DNA from: Octopus sinensis
Lineage: Eukaryota
DNA: 64,000 nucleotides
NCBI RefSeq assembly: GCF_006345805.1
Contig: NC_043026.1
Location: 2,418,001-2,482,000 of the forward strand
Direction: 5' to 3'
In this document: piece after piece, positions 1 to 12,760 of the stretch
Layout: every line of letters starts with the position of its first letter
How positions within the stretch are numbered: position 1 is the stretch's first letter
Made by a program: the position numbers and the translations under genes
Notes under the pieces: model-generated
Database searches by the model: none
The model's input: only the letters and a program-made list of their open reading frames with translations
Told to the model about the DNA's origin: nothing

Positions 1-33
1 ATATATATATATTATATATATATATTATATATA

Positions 34-102
<69 letters not shown>

Positions 103-350
103 CATATATGTATACATATATATATATACATATATACATATATATATATATACATATTTATATGTTTATATATATATGTGCGTATATATATGTATATATC
201 AATGTATATATGTATATATCAATGTATATGTATATATATATAGGTACATATATATATATGTATGTATACATACATATGTACATACATACATATATATAGA
301 CACACACATGCACATATATATATAGAGAGATAGATAGATATGAACATGTG

Positions 351-393
<43 letters not shown>

Positions 394-420
394 CACATAT
401 ATATAAGCATTAGCAGATGA
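1..420. repeat. (TA)n / (TATG)n compound microsatellite
   Basis: Directly visible dinucleotide and tetranucleotide tract; source of the YIYI ORFs. Confidence 0.95.
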
Positions 421-465
421 GATAGATTGTACAGATGTCTTAATATGCTTTTACATATAATCATT

Positions 466-501
<36 letters not shown>

Positions 502-835
502 TATTCATCAATTGAGATAATGATGCCATAATCCTTTTTATTCTATTAATTGTCAACTGATTTCTCTATGTAAGTTATTGATCACAATCTCTCAATCCAT
601 TATTATTCTGAACAAGAAAAATGGTTCACCGCAAACGCACCCTTTTAAGACCAGCATAAACAACACACACATACATACACAATTATACATACATTGCAGA
701 TACATACATGTCTATGTGTGTGTTTGTATGTATGTATGTATGTGCTTGTGTGTGTGTGTGTGTGTATACCTATAGGTATACATATACACATATATCTATA
801 TACACATACAAATATGTATATATATATTTGTATGT

Positions 836-1140
836 GTGGATGGCTGTGTGGTAAAAAGTTTGCTTCCCAACCACATGGTTCCAGGTTCAGTTCCACTGTG
901 TGGCACCTTGGCCAAGCATCTTCTAGCACAGCCTTGTGAGTAGATTTGGCAGACAGAAGCTAAAAGAAGCCTGTCGTGTGTGTGTATGTGTGTGTGTGTG
1001 TGTATTCTTCAACACCACTTAACAACCGTTGTTGGTATGTTTACATCCCCATAACTAAGCAGTTCAGCAAAAGAAGAACTGGGGCTCTTTTCATTTGATT
1101 AAAATTCTTCAAGGAGCCATTCCTTAGCATGGCTCCAGTC
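836..1140 (+). mobile_element. Degenerate SINE family A copy (tRNA-derived head, internal TG tract, CR1-like tail)
   Basis: tggctgtgtggtaa A-box-like and ggttcagttcc B-box-like motifs, gaagcctgtc, internal (TG)n, tail agcatggctccagtcaaacgactgaaac; aligns with better copies at 55872 and 31986. Confidence 0.8.
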
Positions 1141-1654
1141 AAACGACTGAAACAAATGGAAGATATACGTAGACATATATGATTATTCTGTTTTATTTCA
1201 AGATTTCCAGCCAATAGAGAAAGAGCTGGTTTCCAAACTAGATCCAAGACTCCTTTATTGGAATCTCAGCAGCACCTTCAGGGCATTTTTATATGTATGT
1301 ATGTATGTATGTATGTTTGTATGTATGTATTTTCATGCATATCTAAACATGCTCATATATATTTTTATGATAAACTTCTGGAAAGTTTTACAGATGTTTA
1401 CAGTTCCAGTGATGGATTGGATCTACAATCTTCGAATCAGCTTTCCCCTTTCTGGTTTTGAGAGCCCTAATTTCTCAAGATTGGCATTTAGGCAGTGTGT
1501 TACATATCCCAGTATAAACCTGAACTTGTAATCTAGGTAAAGTAACTCTATATTTCTCAATAGTTCAGCAGAGGTGTTTTCTATTTCACTGATCTTTAGC
1601 CTTATGTTAACCACTGGACAGCTGTTTGTATGTGAGCATGTATGTATGCTTTAA

Positions 1655-1685
<31 letters not shown>

Positions 1686-1696
1686 GTTTGTATATA

Positions 1697-1936
1697 ATCA
1701 TCATTTAATGTCCGTTTTCCATGCTAGCATGGGTTGGACGGTTTGACCGGAGTCTGGGAAGCCAGAAGGCTGCACCAGGCTCCAGTCTGATCTGGCAGTG
1801 TTTCTACAGCTGGATGTCCTTCCTAAGGCCAACCACAATGTGAGTGTCGTGGGTGCTTTTTACATCCCACTGGCACAAGAGCCAGGGGAGGCTGGCAAAC
1901 GGCCACGATCGGTTGGTGCTTTATACATGTCACCGA
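1697..1936 (-). mobile_element. RTE LINE 3'-UTR fragment, (ATG)n tail
   Basis: Reverse complement of the 3' UTR that follows the RTE ORF end at 50996-51650 (ccaacccatgctagcatgg...gatgatg). Confidence 0.85.
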
Positions 1937-2331
1937 CATACATATGTATGTATGAATATATGAAAATATACAAAATTCTATTTTCACAAGTAATTGTGAC
2001 ACAAAGAAAGAAAATTACATTTTACTGAAAAGTTTTCAGATAAAAACACAGGAAAAAATGGAACTCAAAGCACAAATATATAAATGCATATTTATTATTA
2101 ATATTCATCAGAAGCAACAGAGTGACTCAAAGGCCCTGAGTTTCATGCATTAGCTTGATAAGTACTAATACATGAAACTATTAACGCTTGAGTCACTTTG
2201 TTACTTCTGCTGAATATTAATTAAGTATGTGTGTGCATGTGGTGTATGTGTGTACATACATACATACATACATATATATATATATGCTTGTGTGTATATA
2301 TATATATATATATATACACATATATACATAT

Positions 2332-2371
<40 letters not shown>

Positions 2372-2372
2372 G

Positions 2373-2417
<45 letters not shown>

Positions 2418-2437
2418 GTATATATATACATATATAT

Positions 2438-2482
<45 letters not shown>

Positions 2483-2613
2483 TATATATGTATATATATA
2501 TATATTATATAGTTAATCCAAACATGAAAAGACAAAGAGAAAACACAACAATGCGAGGATTTGGGGCAAGTATAGTGTTATTGCACACTCAGGAAAGGAA
2601 AGAAAGAAGGAGG

Positions 2614-2648
2614 ATTTAACGTTTCGAGCGGAGCTCTTCGTCAGAAAC
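2614..2648 (-). ncRNA. Minimal type-I hammerhead ribozyme motif in a repeat next to (TA)n
   Basis: Minus strand GTTT-CTGACGA-A-GAGC(tcc)GCTC-GAA-ACGT-T-AAAT: CUGANGA and GAAA core, 4-bp stem II, palindromic ACGT stem III, stem I gttt/aaat. Confidence 0.7.
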
Positions 2649-3244
2649 ATAGAAAAAGGAAAGGTCCAAGGAAGGAAGACAGAGAAAGAAAATCGCGGTC
2701 ACATATTGATGGAGCGTAATAGGTAAAGTGATGGAACGGAATAAAGTGTGCATATATTTCTTAGCTAGCTGAATCTCTGCTGCAAACAGTTATGCTATGA
2801 GGGCTGCTCAATGTACCTAATCATCAAGCTCAGATTAGTTTAATTAATGAAGGTTACATATCATATATTACATACACTGTCCATTCTTTGTTCTCTGTTT
2901 CTGCCGTCACTGCTTGAAGCTTACAGTCTTCCTACTCTTGCACTGTACCCCTATATAAAAAAGTGAAACCAGTCAAGTCAATAAACATCTTTAAAAGACC
3001 TCTGCCTTTTCAAATCCTCTTCACTCTATATTTTCACTCATCTGGTACCTTCCAATTCGACTTTGTTATATATATGGATGCAGTTAAATATATATCTAGT
3101 CACAGAGTGACAAATGGTTTCATATCCATAAAGTGCCTGGCTTTATAGACAATTCATCAGACTCTAATAGTAAAGGGTCACTCTATGGCTGGACACACTT
3201 AACTGCATATAAATACATTACTGTTCTATCTTTATATATGTGTG

Positions 3245-3276
<32 letters not shown>

Positions 3277-3447
3277 TATGCCACTTTGTTCAAGGTGTTA
3301 CCATGTGGATAGGTGAAGCGAACTTATATGCATTTTGCTGATTTAATATAAATCAACTAAATGCACTTAACTGTTACCTGAAAGGAGACTAGGACACTTA
3401 TCCAGAAGAAACTCGTCAGATTAGAATTTGGTGAAAACAATATTTTA

Positions 3448-4677
3448 TTGGGTTGTCCGGAAAGTTTGTGCCAATTTATAGTAGCTTACCTTTCGACTTA
3501 GTTCAGAACATGGTTGTGTCCATAAAGTAGGATTTGACTACACCTCCATTTAGAGCACAGTTTAAGCTATCTTTTCGTGGAAGAAGGTTTATGTTCCTAT
3601 AACCTGTGTTAATTCTGTAACCCTTTAAAATGGAAGAAAGTTCATTTTCAATACTTGATGGTTTTCTTTTACCGTAAAGGGAAAATGCTTCACAAGCAAC
3701 CAAAGAAATATGCGCAGTTTATGGTGATGTTTCTTTATCTGAAAGAACTGTACGGAAGTGGTTCACAAGGTTCCGAGCTGGAGATTGTAGCCTTATTGAT
3801 AAAGAGCAATCAGGCAGACCATCCACTACAGATGATGACCAAATCAAGTCATTAATTGAGAATAACCCACATTGGACAACCCGAGAATTGGCAGAAAGCC
3901 TCAACCTATCAAAATCCGTTATTCATGAGCACCTGGTAAAGTTTGGGTACACAAAACGCTACGACGTTTGGGTACCACAAGAGTTGAGTGAGAAGAATCT
4001 TTTGGAGTGAAAATGCGTCTTTTTTAAAGCAAATTGTGACAGGTGATGAGAAATGGATTATCTACTGAAATGTTCAGAGAAAGCGATCCTGGAGTAAGCG
4101 ACATGAGCCACCCTTAGCGACCCCCGAAGTGCGTCTTCACCCTAAAAAAGTCTTACTTTGTATCTGGTGGAATTGGAAAGGAATTCTGTACTATGAACTA
4201 CCAGACAATAAATTCTGAGGAATATTGCTCACAACTGGACAAGTTAAAAGCAGCAATTCAAGAGAAACGTCCAGAATTGGCCAACAGGAAGGGTGTTGTT
4301 TTCCAACATGATAATGCAAGACCGCACGTTTCTTTGGAAACCAGACAAAAATTGCTGCAGCTTGGCTGGGATGTGTTACCCCCCCTCCATATTCACCAGA
4401 TATTGCTCCTTTGGATTTCTACTTATTCAGGTCTCTGCAGAATAGTCTTAATGGTAAAAATTTAAATTCCTTGGATGACATAAAAAGACCTTGATGAATT
4501 CTTGGCCATGAAACCACCTCACTTCTGGGAAGAGGGTATTTTCAAGTTAAAGGAAAGATGGAGACGCATTGTGCAACAAAATGGTTCATATTTGGTTCAT
4601 TAAAAATGTAAATGGCAAGTATTTATTGACCTTTTACTTTCCTTTAAAAATCGGCACAAACTTTCTGGACAACTAAA
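3448..4677 (+). mobile_element. Full-length degenerate mariner (DD34D) transposon
   Basis: About 30-bp TIRs ttgggttgtccggaaagtttgtgccaattt / aaaaatcggcacaaactttctggacaactaaa with TA on both flanks; frameshifted transposase with WVPQEL, IVTGDEKW, FQHDNARPH, PYSPDIAP. Confidence 0.95.
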
Positions 4678-4925
4678 TAACAAATAAATTATGAATACGT
4701 ATAATTCTCCATTCTTCTCTATAATGTCTTCATTATATACTCTGCATGTTGACTGAAATCTCATGAAATGAACTCAAGATTTACCTAACGAATGAAGGAC
4801 AGTTTAATCGTTTATCTTAAATGATTCTAAAGGCTCTCTAATATTCAATGTAGTTAGTCAAATCTGGATAGTATCACAGTGCTCATAAGGTACCTGCCTG
4901 GATTTCAAATCCCTATTCCTTTATG

Positions 4926-4962
<37 letters not shown>

Positions 4963-5334
4963 TATATACACACATATATATACATATAGATATATTTAGG
5001 GAAGAGGATTTGGAGCTGCAAAGGTCTTTTAAAGATGTTTATTGACTGGACTGGTTTCAATTTTTAAAAACAAATTTTAAAAATAAAATGCAAGGCTCTG
5101 AGTAGCCTTGTGGTGTTAAAAAATGGTTAACATAGATTCTTTAAAATACAGTGATAGAGTCTCTGACAATGATATGAAATTGTTTCTTAACAATTTCATA
5201 TCATTGTCAGAGACTCTATTTTATTATTAAATGCAGAGCCTTGCATTTTATTTTTAAGACCTTTGCAGTTTTAAATACTCTTCCTTATATATTTTCACTC
5301 GTGCAATACCTTCCAATTGTACTTTGTTATATAT

Positions 5335-5335
5335 T

Positions 5336-5412
<77 letters not shown>

Positions 5413-5465
5413 AGATAGGTAGGTAGATAGATAGATAGATAGATATAGATAGATAGATAGGTAGG

Positions 5466-5517
<52 letters not shown>

Positions 5518-5521
5518 AGAT
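5335..5521. repeat. (ATAG)n microsatellite
   Basis: Direct observation. Confidence 0.95.
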
Positions 5522-5820
5522 GTTTGTTCCTTCTTGAGCCACGCCTGGCTCATAAGGGCCGGTTTCCCAGTTTCCTTGGCATATAGGTTACCTACCTGGA
5601 CGGGACGCCAGTCCGTCGCAGGTGAGCTGCAAGATGCAGGAGGAGAGAGTGAGAAAAAGTTGTGGCGAAAGAGTCAGCAGAAGTTCGCCATTACCTTCTG
5701 CCGGAGCCATGTGGAGCTTAGGTATTTTGCTCATAAACACACATCACCCGGTCTGAGATTCAAACCCGTGATCCCTCGATCACGAGTCCACTGCTCTAAC
5801 CACTAGGCCATGTGCCTCCA
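5522..5820 (-). mobile_element. tRNA-derived SINE with V-domain-like core (family V), near full length
   Basis: Minus strand tggcctagtggttagagcag (A box), gggtttgaatctc (B box), central cctgcgacggactggcgtcccgtccagg resembling the V-SINE domain; related copies at 46597, 48498, 54205, 61098, 19905. Confidence 0.8.
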
Positions 5821-6411
5821 CAGATAGATAGATAGATGCAATTAAATATATGCCCAGTCATAGAGTGACCAATGGTTTCACATCCATAAAGTGCCTGGCT
5901 GGACATATACTTAGCTGCATGTAAATACATTACTGTTCTATCCTTTTAGAGTTTGTTTCTTTTCAGATATGTGATGATGTGTGTGTGTGTGTGTGTGTGT
6001 GTGTTTTAAACGAAATTATGAGTGCCAAGTGTGTTGGTATTCTACAGAAAAGAAAGGAATTCTTGAATGCAGGGTGGCTGTGGTGATAGTTTAGAAAATT
6101 GGATAAATACCGTTTTTAGAAGATGGGAAAAAAAGTGGCCAGCAATCGTGTACAGACAATCAGACCGTATACCTTTCAACTGCCAGCTGAGCACTGGGTA
6201 CCATTAAGCCAAGAGATCCCTGGCAACAATTACCATCTTCGGGCAATGCTAATTAATAGCTCTTGGAATGTAAGATCGTTTTGTAAACAAACGTAGAAGC
6301 ACTGAATGTGCTGGTATTTCACAGAAAATAAAGGAATTCTCAAAAGCAGGATGGCTGCGAAGATAGCTGAGACAATAGGGTAAATAGCCTTACTGTTATA
6401 TATATATATAT

Positions 6412-6478
<67 letters not shown>

Positions 6479-6569
6479 GTATATGTATATGTATATATGT
6501 ATATATGTGTATATGTATATATATATATATGTATATGTATATATGTATATGTATATATACGCACATATC

Positions 6570-7380
6570 ATTGTCATTTAACATCTATTTTTCAATGCAG
6601 TCGTTCCAGATGTGACCATCCTGCCCCGTGTTCATTGTCATTGTTTAATGTCTGTTTTGCATATATGTGAATTGTGTATGAGTTATGTAAAGAAAAAAGA
6701 AAAGAGACCCATGGCTGTCTCTTGTAAACAAGTTTGGCTTTGTACGCTGCACCATGCTTTCACCATCCTGTCTCATCCAGTCATAGTATACCAAGGGTTA
6801 CATTTTCTAATGTAATCTTTGTTATTGTTGTTGATTTAGTTCTTCAGGTCCTCTCTGATTGCATTGGTTTTTATGATTGAAGGTTTTTTTCCACCTGTGA
6901 CCATCCCATCTTTTATTCAGACATAGTGTGCCAAGGACTACACTATTCAATGTGACATTTATTTTCATTGTTATTCTTGCTTGGTTGTATAGTCTCAAGT
7001 CAGTTTTGATCGAGTGTACTTATAATTAAAGACAGTCCAGCTGTGACCATCCAGTCTTTTACTCAGATTAGTGTATGTAGGACCACATTGTCTAATATGA
7101 CTGTTGTTGTTGTTGTTGTCCCTGCTGCTCTGCTTATTCAATCTTGATTTAGTTTACCTATAATTAAAGACAGTCCAGCTGTGACCATCCTGTCCTATGT
7201 TCAGAAACAGTGTATCTCGGTTTACATTAACTAATGTGACATTAGTTGTCACTTTTTCTGATCGTTTAACCTCAAATGAGTTTATCAATTATTAAAAAGT
7301 GCTCCAACTGTGACCATCCTGTCGTTTGTTCGTTACTTGATGTGATGTTTGTTGTCACTGTTTTTGTTGTTCTGGTTGTG
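6570..7380 (+). repeat. Degenerate tandem array of about 140-150-bp units
   Basis: Recurring ccagctgtgaccatcc motif at about 6605, 6895, 7037, 7176, 7305, often preceded by taattaaagacagt; dispersed relatives at 60430-60500, 60680-60740, 61390-61460, 61960-62030. Confidence 0.7.
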
Positions 7381-7499
7381 TAGACCCAACAGCCCTACCT
7401 TAGCCTGCTCTTAATCTTTCATAAGGATAACATGAGTATCCGAATATGTTATGCGATACTCCTTCAAGTCTTCTCTAACAATAATAATATTAGTATTTT

Positions 7500-7737
7500 G
7501 ATGCAGCACCAACCGAGCGTGGCCGTTTGCCAGCCTCGCCTGGCCCCTGTGCCGGTGGCACGTAAAAAGCACCCACTACACTCATGGAGTGGTTGGCGTT
7601 AAGAAGGGCATCCAGCCGTAGAAACACTGCCAAATCAGACTGGAGCCTGGTGCATCCTCCTGGCTTCCCAGACCCCGGCCAAACCGTCCAACCCATGCTA
7701 GCATGGAAAACGGACGTTAAACGATGATGATGATGAT
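7500..7737 (+). mobile_element. RTE LINE 3'-UTR fragment
   Basis: ggagtggttggcgttaagaagggcatccag...ccaacccatgctagcatgg...(gat)n tail. Confidence 0.85.
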
Positions 7738-7771
7738 TCTTTTTTCGCACTGAGGAGGAGACAGTAATATA

Positions 7772-7981
7772 TACTCTTTTACTTGGTTCAGTCATTTGAC
7801 TATGGCCATGCTGGAGCAGCACCTTTAATCAAGCAAACTGACACCCAGGACTTATTCTTTGTAAGCTTAGTACTTATTCTATCAGTCTCTTTTGCCAAAC
7901 CGCTAGGTTACAGGGACGTAAACACACCAGCATCAGTTGTCAAGCGATGGTGGGAGGACAAACATAGACACACAAACATAT

Positions 7982-8012
<31 letters not shown>

Positions 8013-8177
8013 CGACAGGCTTCTTTCAGTTTCTGTCTACCAAGTCCACTCACAAGGCTTTGGTCAGGTCAAGGCTATAGTAGAAGACACTTGCCAAAGG
8101 TGCCACGCAGTGGGACTGAACCCGGAACCATGTGGTTGGTAGACAAGCTACTTACCACACAGCCACTCCTACGCCTA
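7772..8177 (-). mobile_element. SINE family A, full length
   Basis: Head taggcgtaggagtggctgtgtggtaag, internal (TA)/(CA) tract, tail ending gtaaaagagta. Confidence 0.9.
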
Positions 8178-8659
8178 TGTAATTAATTTAATTTTAATTA
8201 AATTAATTTCTAATTTTTCTCCCATGTTATTTACTGCTGTTTGAAATGATTATATGCATGGATTACATTCATTTACAATTTTTCACACTTTCTCTTCTCC
8301 ATCTTTAACAGTTTGTTGGGTTTCTATAGGATACGTGTTCTATAAATACTCACAACACACCTTATACTTGTAGCATTTTCATATTCACAAAATTCTTACA
8401 ACAGTAAGCTACCAATGAAATAGGAAGTAACTTTATTAGAAATCGACTTTTGGAAGCCTCCAAAGTAAAGGATGAAACAGAACTCAACCTTTTCTCACAG
8501 ACACACACACATATAGGTGCAGGTGTCGCTGTAGGATAAGAAATTTGCTTCCGAACCATATGGTTCTGGGTTCAGTCGACTGTGTAGCCCCTTGAGCAAA
8601 TGTCATCTATTATTGCCTCCGACTGACTGGATTTGGTAGATGGAAACTGAAAGATGCTT

Positions 8660-8703
<44 letters not shown>

Positions 8704-8707
8704 ATAT

Positions 8708-8788
<81 letters not shown>

Positions 8789-8799
8789 CATATTTTGAT

Positions 8800-9348
8800 T
8801 TTAATAATATAGGGTAAAATCAGTAATAATTTTACCAGGTAGCCAGTACGTATATAAAAACCTTTTAGGTAAATTTTACAAATTATTCTATAATTATGTA
8901 TAAATATTATAAATAGATGAGTGTATTTTTACCTTGTTAACAATTAACACAGAAAAAAAAAATAAATAGTTACCAGGGCAGCAAAAATCTCACAAGTAAA
9001 GGTGTTGTAACTCCTTGTTTATAAAGGTAGAAACTTCGTGTTTACGTTGAATATTTTGAATAATATGAATAAAAAATATTAATATCCCTACTCTTTCTGT
9101 TAGCTACTTATGACGTTATATCATATAACGTTTTTTTAAACAATATTAATAGCGTTCTGTCTATCGCTATACAAATCCATCATTTTTTGCTAAAATGTCT
9201 TATTGATGAGTTTCGTTTTTTTCACTTTCCTGAGGAGAAGATTGCATTGTTTATACCATTTATTCTTTTGAATAGTATCAGTGGAATTTTCGAAACATGT
9301 GTCGAAAGTAAAAATATTTGATTACACCTGTGTTAACTCCATTTTTTA

Positions 9349-9350
<2 letters not shown>
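8800..9350 (+). mobile_element. Non-autonomous repeat between (TA)n tracts carrying a hammerhead (Penelope-like remnant)
   Basis: Blocks 8905-8996 and 9270-9345 recur reverse-complemented at 13740-13915; contains the hammerhead at 9224-9309. Penelope assignment is inferred from the ribozyme type. Confidence 0.6.
9224..9309 (+). ncRNA. Type-I hammerhead ribozyme with intact core and extended stem II
   Basis: ACTTTC-CTGAGGA-G(aagattgcattg...cagtggaatttt)C-GAA-AC(atgt)GT-C-GAAAGT: 6-bp perfect stem I, about 13-bp stem II, GUC cleavage triplet ending at 9303. Confidence 0.85.
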
Positions 9351-9394
<44 letters not shown>

Positions 9395-9740
9395 ATCAGC
9401 AACAATTTAGATTCAAATGAATATGGTACTTAATTTAGATGCACCAGAATTTTGTATGGTGTTATCCATAAAAATATGCGTGGTGATTATAATAAAAAAT
9501 AAGCAACAAGAATGAATCCGGTAATTTAGTACAATTGTTTCATACTACAACATTTTTTAAAAGCTGTAAATATTACAGCAGATTTAAGATGCTGAGTAAT
9601 CTTCAGCTGATTTATATAGGTTTTCCAATAATATAAAAGTTTTCAGATCATCTTAAATCTGCTGTAATATTTGCAGCTTTTAATAAAATGTTGTAGTATG
9701 AAACAATTGTACTAAATTACCGGATTCATTCTCGTTGCTT

Positions 9741-9846
<106 letters not shown>

Positions 9847-11399
9847 TATACATACACACACATGCACACACACACACACACTTCTCCTTTGTCTTCGTCT
9901 CCACTTCCTTACTCCCTTCTGCCTCTTCTGCCTCAGACATTTTCCAACTGTTGACCATCACCATAAGCAACCCTTACTTTCAGTATGATGACTTGGTATT
10001 CAAACAGATTCTAGAGATGACCGTACGTAAAGGAGATGCTGACAGAATGTCTCCTTTTCAACACCACACAGTTGCCTTACAAAGAAGAAGCCAAAATACA
10101 TGGAATAAAAGAATGCCAGTGCCAAGGAAGAATAGAGAAGACCGCACAACCATTAAAGAAGAAAACTTTATTTACAGATGCGTACATAAGAGCGTGTATG
10201 AGTGCTAGCAGAGTGTTTGTCTGAGTGCGTGCGACAAGTGTGTGTCTGTGTGTTCGTGAGTGTAGTCAGAACAATAGGAAATGAGTCTCTCAGGATACAA
10301 ATGAATGTTCAGACAAGATGTTGATAAATACCGCTTCAGTGTAAGACACACCATGGCAGTGGTTCTGTATCAATGAAGTTGGTGGTAAAGTGGAGAGCCA
10401 GTTGAACCCATGTGGTGTAGTGGTTGAGGCATCAATCCTATGCCAGGTTGCTTTGGTACAGAAGGTCTCACAGGTAGAGCTTGGTGAATATTCACAACAG
10501 CATGAAGTTAAACCTGGGCGATGGCTGCGTACATATTGTTGAAGTCAACGGTGGTGATGGCGACGTTGAGGTGAAGGCAATGGAGGTGGAAAACGTCCTG
10601 AGATACTGCATGTTGTTTTTGGTGTCGTCGCAGGAACATGGCTGGGTCACTGGAACTGGCTGTCTGGTTTAGATGCTCCGTGGTCAATGGTCAAGGACCA
10701 AAGACGAACAATTCACTGGATCACTGGGTTTTTTATACGTAACAGTAGGCTCAAATTGGATTGTGAACTAGCTGTCTTACATGATCTTATTCAGGGACTC
10801 TGATTGCATATTGGCGTGACAGAGTAAAAGACAAATTGCACCAATACCAACCAATCAGAGTGGTGGACACAACAGGGTCCAAATTGCAGCCAAAAGTTAG
10901 CTGTTATCTGCTACGTCCGTATTTGTGTTATATATGTCAGAGAGAGAGGATTTCACTAAGGGTACGCTACAAGATCTTGGCTCTGTCTATGGTATGAAAC
11001 CAGTCAGGTCTGCTGGCTATTGACCAGCTAAAGTGCAGACCATTTAACACTTCCTACTCGTGTGTTTTTCCTCTCCAGGTATGGGGATGACATCTAAATG
11101 CTGACTTCCTCTTGTGAGGAGGACATCAACATGTGTTCACTGTGAATTACTCCTAACCTACCAACCCAGAGTCACAAACATACTAAATGAACTTTCTCAA
11201 TCGTGCAACAGGTGTAATGAGGTAGAATTTAAAGCAAGCTTGGGCAACCTTTTACAAGATGTGGGTTGCATAAGATATGGCTTATTAACAGGTGGGTTGC
11301 ATTGCTAAATTAATTTAATGTAGTTTCTTACTTGGTGTTCCATTCAGAAAATCCCCTGATTCATGGTTTGCGGGGGACTGATAGAAATCACCAACACCA

Positions 11400-11725
11400 A
11401 ATAAGAAGCTTCCTTCCCAACACATGGTTCCAGGTTCAGTCCCACTGCATGGTACCTTAGCCTCATGCTGAACAAAGCCTTGTGGATGGATTTACTTGAT
11501 GAAAACTGAAAGAAGCCCATCATATGTGTGTGTGTGTGTTGTGTGTGTTTGTGTCTGTGTTTCTCCCCCACCACAGCTTGACAGCCAGTGTTCGTGTGTT
11601 TACATCCCTATAATGTAGTGGTTCATCAAAAAGAGAGCAAAGGAATAAGTACCAAAAACAGATACTGGGGTATGTTCATCCCACTAAAAAATTCTTCAAG
11701 CAGTGCTCCAGTATGGCTGCAGTCT
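11400..11725 (+). mobile_element. Degenerate SINE family A copy
   Basis: gcttccttcccaacacatggttccaggttcagtcccact head, internal (TG)n, tail gtgctccagtatggctgcagtctaatgact. Confidence 0.8.
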
Positions 11726-12199
11726 AATGACTATGTACAGACAAATATATGAATCAGAAAATACCTGGAACACACCCATATTCAGGACTTTGTGGTTGTT
11801 ATTAAGACAGCAGAGCATAGCATGAAAAAAGTGGGAAACCCTCCTCATAAATAAAATGAAGCCATTGATCAAAAGCAGATAAGAGTTTGCACGGGGTCGA
11901 TTGCTTGTTGTCACAGGGTTGTCCAGAACACATCATTGACCACATTCCCTTCCTATAGATCTGGAAAAAAGCTACCAACTCAACATCATTCTCTACTTCT
12001 TCATGATGAAGGAATATTCACCTCAAAATATAGAAATATAGAAACACAGACACAAAGACACACATACACACACAAACACACACACATATGATGGGCTTCT
12101 TTCAGTTTCCATCAAGGTAAAGTACAAGCGGTTCTTCTCTCTTCCTCACTTCTGCTTTCACTTCTAAAGGTTTTTGAACAATTTCAATCTTAATTTTAA

Positions 12200-12419
12200 C
12201 CCTTTAGTAATTAAACCAGTGATGTCTGGCCCAAATATTCTTCATGTTTTAAGTTCAAACTGGTCAGATCTGGCCTGTCACACCCATCCTACAATGTCAT
12301 TCTAAAAATATAGAATCACATCATCAAAATTTCAAAGCTATGAGATAAAGCAGGATTAATTCAAAGCAATGTGAAAAAATAAGCAGAACATTTAACAGAG
12401 TAATCTGAATGCTAAAGGG
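12200..12419. mobile_element. piggyBac-like MITE
   Basis: TTAA|CCCTTTAG ... CTAAAGGG|TTAA; related copies at about 14215-14445, 26455-26650, 59620-59790. Confidence 0.75.
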
Positions 12420-12465
12420 TTAAATATCAAAACAATAAAGGCTTCTTTCAAACTACACCCTGCTA

Positions 12466-12507
<42 letters not shown>

Positions 12508-12710
12508 TTTCAAGCAGCTGGATTTGGCTCCATGCAACTTGAAGTTTTGTCGGCCTCTAACAGAAGTCCACCAAACTTTAAGTCATATGTAGCTGAATCA
12601 AACTATTTTAAATAATATATATGACTCCTAAATAATATATGTAATGCCTACTAAATGTGTTGACTACCTGTTCCTTTTGTTTGTTCACTCACTCTTTATA
12701 AATATAAATA

Positions 12711-12755
<45 letters not shown>

Positions 12756-12760
12756 TATAT

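Noticed and set aside
10020-10210. Tc1-like N-terminal HTH
   Set aside because: Only a loose RxTT..E..I.R resemblance; no TIR or catalytic part.
10400-10930. LTR-retrotransposon gag/LTR remnant
   Set aside because: GC-richer and suggestive, but I could read no unambiguous motif.
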